Sequence record: NC_049830.1
Origin: Escherichia phage PGN590
DNA length: 49,043 bases
Direction: 5' to 3' (one strand)
The notes beneath the pieces were generated by a model, which did not search any database, was not told the DNA's origin, and was given only the letters and a program-made list of their open reading frames with translations. The position numbers were made by a program, and so were the translations under genes. Of this stretch, positions 44,792 through 49,043 are shown one piece after another. Positions within the stretch are counted from its first letter, which is position 1. The number at the start of each line of letters is the position of its first letter.

Positions 44792-45556
44792 TTACTCTCC
44801 TTTATTATTCCAATCTGGAATCGCCCAGCAACGGCAACCCCACGGCTCACCAGGGAAATCATGAATTGCATCAAGCGCTATTCTTTTACCTTCCCATAAC
44901 ACATGCTGCAATCGCTCTCTATCATCTAACATCCCATGCCAGAAATAATGAGTCACCTTAGCATCATAAAGGCGCTGGCGCATCAGGCGACTATTCCACG
45001 CTCCGATAATGTTTTCTGATCTCGTTTTACCCCAAGAGCTATAAACAGCAAATCTCTTTTCTGCAAGATCATTAACCTGTTTATCATTGCTTCCGCGAAA
45101 GTTTGCATTGCGAATGTTTGTTGACCAGTCAGACACAATATTTGTGAATAGCTTCCTTAGCGATGATTCTGTAAGGCCGTGCCATTGACCGTAAAGCGTC
45201 TTATACCACTCCTCGTTAGCGTTAGCGCCAACCGCGATCAAAACAATTACCGCCGTATTATCCTTTCCGCCTGTTGACTTGGCAACATTTATGAACTGCT
45301 TCGCATTGAACTTATAGATGGTCAACGCGATTGCAGGAAGAGTGGAAACAATGCCAGCTATAAGGTCAGTTGCCAGGCTGTTAATTTCATCTTCTGCGCT
45401 GTTGATCTCATTATCTGTTGCGTCAAACTTCATCGCTTTTGTTCGCTTGCGCATGAGAATTACAAGATCTCTGATTGCCTCCTGAATTGAGCGGCTAAGT
45501 TGCCGCTCGCTTGCTTCAGGAAAGCGCCATTGTTTAACGACGCCCTTCACTTTCAT
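44792..45556 (-). CDS. head morphogenesis protein (Mu F / SPP1 gp7-like)
   Basis: C-terminal HYFWHGMLDDRE...GEPWGCRCWAIPDW; directly downstream of portal. Confidence 0.65.
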   Translation of the reverse strand: MKVKGVVKQWRFPEASERQLSRSIQEAIRDLVILMRKRTKAMKFDATDNEINSAEDEINSLATDLIAGIVSTLPAIALTIYKFNAKQFINVAKSTGGKDNTAVIVLIAVGANANEEWYKTLYGQWHGLTESSLRKLFTNIVSDWSTNIRNANFRGSNDKQVNDLAEKRFAVYSSWGKTRSENIIGAWNSRLMRQRLYDAKVTHYFWHGMLDDRERLQHVLWEGKRIALDAIHDFPGEPWGCRCWAIPDWNNKGE

Positions 45557-46836
45557 TACTCATTCCCCTGTGTGCCTGGCTCCGGCTCCGTTGGATCCGG
45601 CAGCTTGATTTTATTAGTGTCCTTTAGTTTAACGCTTGGGGCGATTGCTCGCAACGTGTCTCGCGCTTCTTCAACATCAAGGAACTGACCATCAATAGCC
45701 TTGCTGATTGAGTCGATATTCTTATTCAGAATTTCAGCCTGATCCTTATCGCTAGGTACGTTCAAAGGTGAAAACTTAACACTCCACTCCTGCTCACTAA
45801 TGATGAACGGCAATAGAAATTCAAGGATTGGCTTGTAATCCTCGACGCGTTTTCGTTCAATCAGCTTATAGAATGTTTCAAGCGCCGTGTTTTGGCTTGC
45901 GCTAACGCCGCCAACGTTTTTATTTTTCAGGATGATTTCATGAATACCTGAAAGGGAAACGATGCGATCCATTTTCTTTTCCAGAAAAGAATCAACGCCG
46001 CTAATGTCAGAGTTAAGAACATCATATTCTTCATCTTCTGCATCAATACCAATTGCCTTGCCTACTCCGCCCTCATCGTCAACCTGCGCAAGTCTCAGGC
46101 GTGCCGCGCTAACACCTTCCTCATCATCGCACAAGTCAGCGAGTCCTTTAGCCTTCCATACCGCCTGTTGCTTCCGCCGCAATAATTGCGTTGCTAATGT
46201 TTCACAATAGTTATAATCAACAATAGCCTCAACAAGTCGCTTGTTAAGAACTGACTCACCCCAGCCATCATTGCTGCGTCGCTTTGCGTTAGGTATCCGC
46301 TCACCATCGATAATGCAAACTCGCGTGTAGTGAACTTGGTATTCCGGCAAGTCTCCACCAGGCGTTACAGTGTAAAGCACTGGCTCACCATAGCGAACCT
46401 TGCGGGGATTAGTTTCGCGCGCTTCAACGCGAATCTGATAACGATCATAAACGCGCACATCTTCCAGGATAGCTCCAGGCTTTACAGGTGATTTGAGCGC
46501 TCGCCCATCCTGAACAAGAGCAATGATTGCAGATCCACCAAACAAACGCGACCAACAAAGCGCATCAATAATTTTTGCATTGAGTCGCTTCTCATCCCAC
46601 AAAGAACGGAATGCTGCCTCGTCTGCCACGCCGTCAATAGTAAAGCCAGGGGAAACCATTTCCTCTGGTACTACGTCAATAACCCTTTTTGCCAGGCCAT
46701 CTTTTTCGTAAAAGTCAGCAAGCGTCTTGTATGGCATTGATTGCATGTAGAATGGTTGCTCTGCTCGCGATTTGCAATTCTCGCCTTTAAAGATCTCATT
46801 ATAGCCGTCAGCCTTAACGATTCGTGATTTACTCAT
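45556..46836 (-). CDS. portal protein
   Basis: 426 aa; position between large terminase and head morphogenesis gene. Confidence 0.75.
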   Translation of the reverse strand: MSKSRIVKADGYNEIFKGENCKSRAEQPFYMQSMPYKTLADFYEKDGLAKRVIDVVPEEMVSPGFTIDGVADEAAFRSLWDEKRLNAKIIDALCWSRLFGGSAIIALVQDGRALKSPVKPGAILEDVRVYDRYQIRVEARETNPRKVRYGEPVLYTVTPGGDLPEYQVHYTRVCIIDGERIPNAKRRSNDGWGESVLNKRLVEAIVDYNYCETLATQLLRRKQQAVWKAKGLADLCDDEEGVSAARLRLAQVDDEGGVGKAIGIDAEDEEYDVLNSDISGVDSFLEKKMDRIVSLSGIHEIILKNKNVGGVSASQNTALETFYKLIERKRVEDYKPILEFLLPFIISEQEWSVKFSPLNVPSDKDQAEILNKNIDSISKAIDGQFLDVEEARDTLRAIAPSVKLKDTNKIKLPDPTEPEPGTQGNE

Positions 46837-46851
46837 TATCTTTCCTCCAAT

Positions 46852-46874
46852 AAAAAAGGCTGGATTTACCAGCC
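46852..46874 (-). terminator. intrinsic terminator between terminase large subunit and portal
   Basis: GGCTGG-attta-CCAGCC plus six U; GGAGG RBS and portal ATG follow. Confidence 0.65.
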
Positions 46875-46904
46875 TTTGATTATATATTGGTTTGTCGATT
46901 CGTG

Positions 46905-48473
46905 CTATTTGTTCCGCAAACCTGCCAATTTTTTCATTCTTCCTACCGGATCATCTGCCATGTTCATTTCAATGTTAACCGCATCAATGATGTTATCAAC
47001 AATATCATCATGAGGATGCGAATCATCGAATGTGAACGCCGCAACTTCAGCGAGTATCTCAGCCAGCATAGGATGATATTCTGGAAGTGCCACGCGTCCG
47101 GCGCGCATTACTGGCGCTGCGTCCATTGCTCGCGTAACCTTATCTTTATCTCGCTGAACAGGATTGATCTTGATCATAATTTTTTTCGCTGCGCTCTGAA
47201 TCAAGCCAGTGCCAGATGACTTATCTTCAACATGAATCCTTCGCAACGTTCCGCATTCTTTATTGCGCTTCCAGCACTGATTAACAAATGCAACAAAATT
47301 CGTCTCAAGGTCAGGCGCTTCCCATTTTCCGCGAACACCATCAATGAAGTAAACGCGATCTTTATACATCCCCCAATAACAGATCACGGAGTAGTCGTTA
47401 AGCTCACCTGTTTTCTGCGCGGTATCAACCGTGATAAATGTATATTCAAAGCGATCCGGTTTTGGTAGCGTGCATTTCTCGCTGCTGCCGTAATACTGAA
47501 ACCACTCCGTTTTAAACACGTTACCGCCAAGCGCAACAGGCTGTTGCTGATACTGACTAGCGAACGTGTACGGATCAGCATTTCGAAGTGCAAGTAATTC
47601 CTCCGCGCTTTCCTTAGCAGGCCAGAATGAATAATGAGCAACACCATCAATCATTACTGGCTTACTGGATAAAACATCGCGATCAAATTCAGGCTTTAAC
47701 CAATCAGGAAGCGTTTCGCGATATTCCTTAGTAACGAGCGCCGGAATGCTAACTACTTTAAACTGGATGCCGCCCATGCCGCCGTTTGTCATGAACCATG
47801 TTGAATCATTGACGTGTAGACGTTGCTGGACCATTACAATCGGCGTTGTGTCCTTCATTCGACGTGATCGCACCGTGTTCTTTAGGCGCATGTGTCCGGC
47901 TTCGCGCTTCACCTTAGAAAGCATATCGTCCGGTTTGTCTGGATCATCAAGAACCAGCATACCAGTAAATCCATCGTCCATGTAGCCGCCACGCAGACCA
48001 GTAACCTGACCACCGATAGAACGCGAGTTAACTTGTAACTTAACCTTGCCGCCATCGGTTACAATCAAATCCTTTGCGCTCGCCTTTGCCAGCTTTCCTG
48101 GCCATAGCTCCTGCCATTCTGGAGAGCCAATAATCTCCTTAATTCGGTTGCTATTCTGCTGGACAAGGCCATCACTAAACGAAAGATTAAGATTTCGCAC
48201 CTTCTTACTTTTCAATGACGCATAAGGTGACATGTGGATCGAGAATATCTCTGTTTTACCACTGCCTGGTGTTATGTTGAAAATTACATTCTGTGACTCG
48301 CCTTTGATGATTTTTTCAACTTCGCTGCATAGGTAACTGAAATGCCAGTTTCCTAAGAACCTTTGCCCCTGGAGAAGTTGAAACCAAATGCGGATCATCT
48401 TTTCGAATGAATATTCGCTCATTTCCTTAATGGCGCGTTTTTGCGCCGCTGTTAAGTCTTCCCAAATCAGCAT
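46905..48473 (-). CDS. terminase large subunit
   Basis: N-terminal ATPase (P-loop ITPGSGKTE, Walker B MLVLDDPD) and C-terminal nuclease-like domain. Confidence 0.85.
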   Translation of the reverse strand: MLIWEDLTAAQKRAIKEMSEYSFEKMIRIWFQLLQGQRFLGNWHFSYLCSEVEKIIKGESQNVIFNITPGSGKTEIFSIHMSPYASLKSKKVRNLNLSFSDGLVQQNSNRIKEIIGSPEWQELWPGKLAKASAKDLIVTDGGKVKLQVNSRSIGGQVTGLRGGYMDDGFTGMLVLDDPDKPDDMLSKVKREAGHMRLKNTVRSRRMKDTTPIVMVQQRLHVNDSTWFMTNGGMGGIQFKVVSIPALVTKEYRETLPDWLKPEFDRDVLSSKPVMIDGVAHYSFWPAKESAEELLALRNADPYTFASQYQQQPVALGGNVFKTEWFQYYGSSEKCTLPKPDRFEYTFITVDTAQKTGELNDYSVICYWGMYKDRVYFIDGVRGKWEAPDLETNFVAFVNQCWKRNKECGTLRRIHVEDKSSGTGLIQSAAKKIMIKINPVQRDKDKVTRAMDAAPVMRAGRVALPEYHPMLAEILAEVAAFTFDDSHPHDDIVDNIIDAVNIEMNMADDPVGRMKKLAGLRNK

Positions 48474-48994
48474 TATATCTTCTCCAGAATGTCAATTACC
48501 GCCTCTTTGACTTCCTCCGCCGTTACAGCGTCAACGCTGGCGCTTGTGTTATTCTCAATGGTAACGGTAGCTGGCTTTTCAATGCCGATCTCCTTACCAA
48601 TGAATCCGGCGTTAACAATATTGTTTGCGGCAAGCTGGAATTTTTGCTCATAAACAACGCCGTCGATAAAGTCCATAACCTCGCTGAATCCTGGCTCACG
48701 TCGCCATTTTTCAAGTACGGAAGCAGAAAGGCCAGCGAATAATCGGAATCCGTTTAAGGTGAACACTCGCGGCTTGTGAATCTTGCTTTCGTATACATTA
48801 CCCTGAAAGGATGCCGTTTCTGCAGCCTGTATATGATTTTCCTCGGCCCACGTAAAGTAACGAACAGCAAGATCAAATGCCTGTTCCGGCGTGTATTTGT
48901 GCGCCTTTGTCATTTTTGCTATATCGCCATATTGCTTATTATATAGTTTTTTAAAATTGCAAGCCTTTACTGCTGGCTCAACGTTTTTAGCCAT
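48473..48994 (-). CDS. terminase small subunit
   Basis: start set to ATG 48992-48994 (MAKNVEP) after AAAGGAGGG; stop overlaps TerL start. Confidence 0.6.
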   Translation of the reverse strand: MAKNVEPAVKACNFKKLYNKQYGDIAKMTKAHKYTPEQAFDLAVRYFTWAEENHIQAAETASFQGNVYESKIHKPRVFTLNGFRLFAGLSASVLEKWRREPGFSEVMDFIDGVVYEQKFQLAANNIVNAGFIGKEIGIEKPATVTIENNTSASVDAVTAEEVKEAVIDILEKI

Positions 48995-49043
48995 AATGCG
49001 CCCTCCTTTATAACAAAGCATCATTATAGACAAATTGCAGGCA

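Noticed and set aside
1-49043. Temperate-phage features (integrase, CI-like repressor, attachment site) and tRNA genes
   Set aside because: No recombinase motifs or repressor/operator switch were seen; gene content is that of a virulent phage; no cloverleaf-like tRNA candidates noticed by eye (not exhaustively tested).

Overview
This window reads as a complete or near-complete genome of a virulent T1-like siphovirus (Drexlerviridae-type organisation, about 49 kb). No integrase, repressor, tRNA or CRISPR array was recognised. Layout: (1) 1-7508, minus strand: about 20 small genes including a P-loop kinase, a HAD phosphatase (split Pnk-like pair), a lipoprotein and a 293-aa protein with an internal duplication; (2) 7509-8243: AT/CA-rich strand-switch control region with palindromes; (3) 8244-14322, plus strand: about 15 mostly small genes, including a C5-methyltransferase-like protein and a 527-aa P-loop ATPase; (4) 14455-15547, minus: lysis cassette (holin, SAR endolysin, unimolecular spanin); (5) 15694-22414: HTH-metallophosphoesterase, Dam methyltransferase, VRR-NUC nuclease, SF2 helicase, HTH protein, primase; (6) 22513-24738, plus: tail fibre with C-terminal S74 chaperone domain; (7) 25128-27748, minus: SSB, Erf-like annealing protein, RecB-type exonuclease; (8) 27749-28247: second control region, then a Cor/Llp-like lipoprotein; (9) 28508-48994, minus: lambda-like tail module (J, I, K, L, M, tape measure, G/GT chaperone with -1 frameshift, major tail), head-tail joining proteins, major capsid, scaffold, head morphogenesis protein, portal, TerL, TerS. 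The most striking non-coding signal is a 20-bp repeat (AATAGCACTTTTTGTTAAAA, 18 copies) that often overlaps the stop codon of the upstream gene and is followed about 22 nt later by a TATAAT-like hexamer; I read it as a phage promoter family, unproven. All calls are from reading motifs and ORFs by eye; no database search was run, so family assignments are inference unless a motif is quoted.
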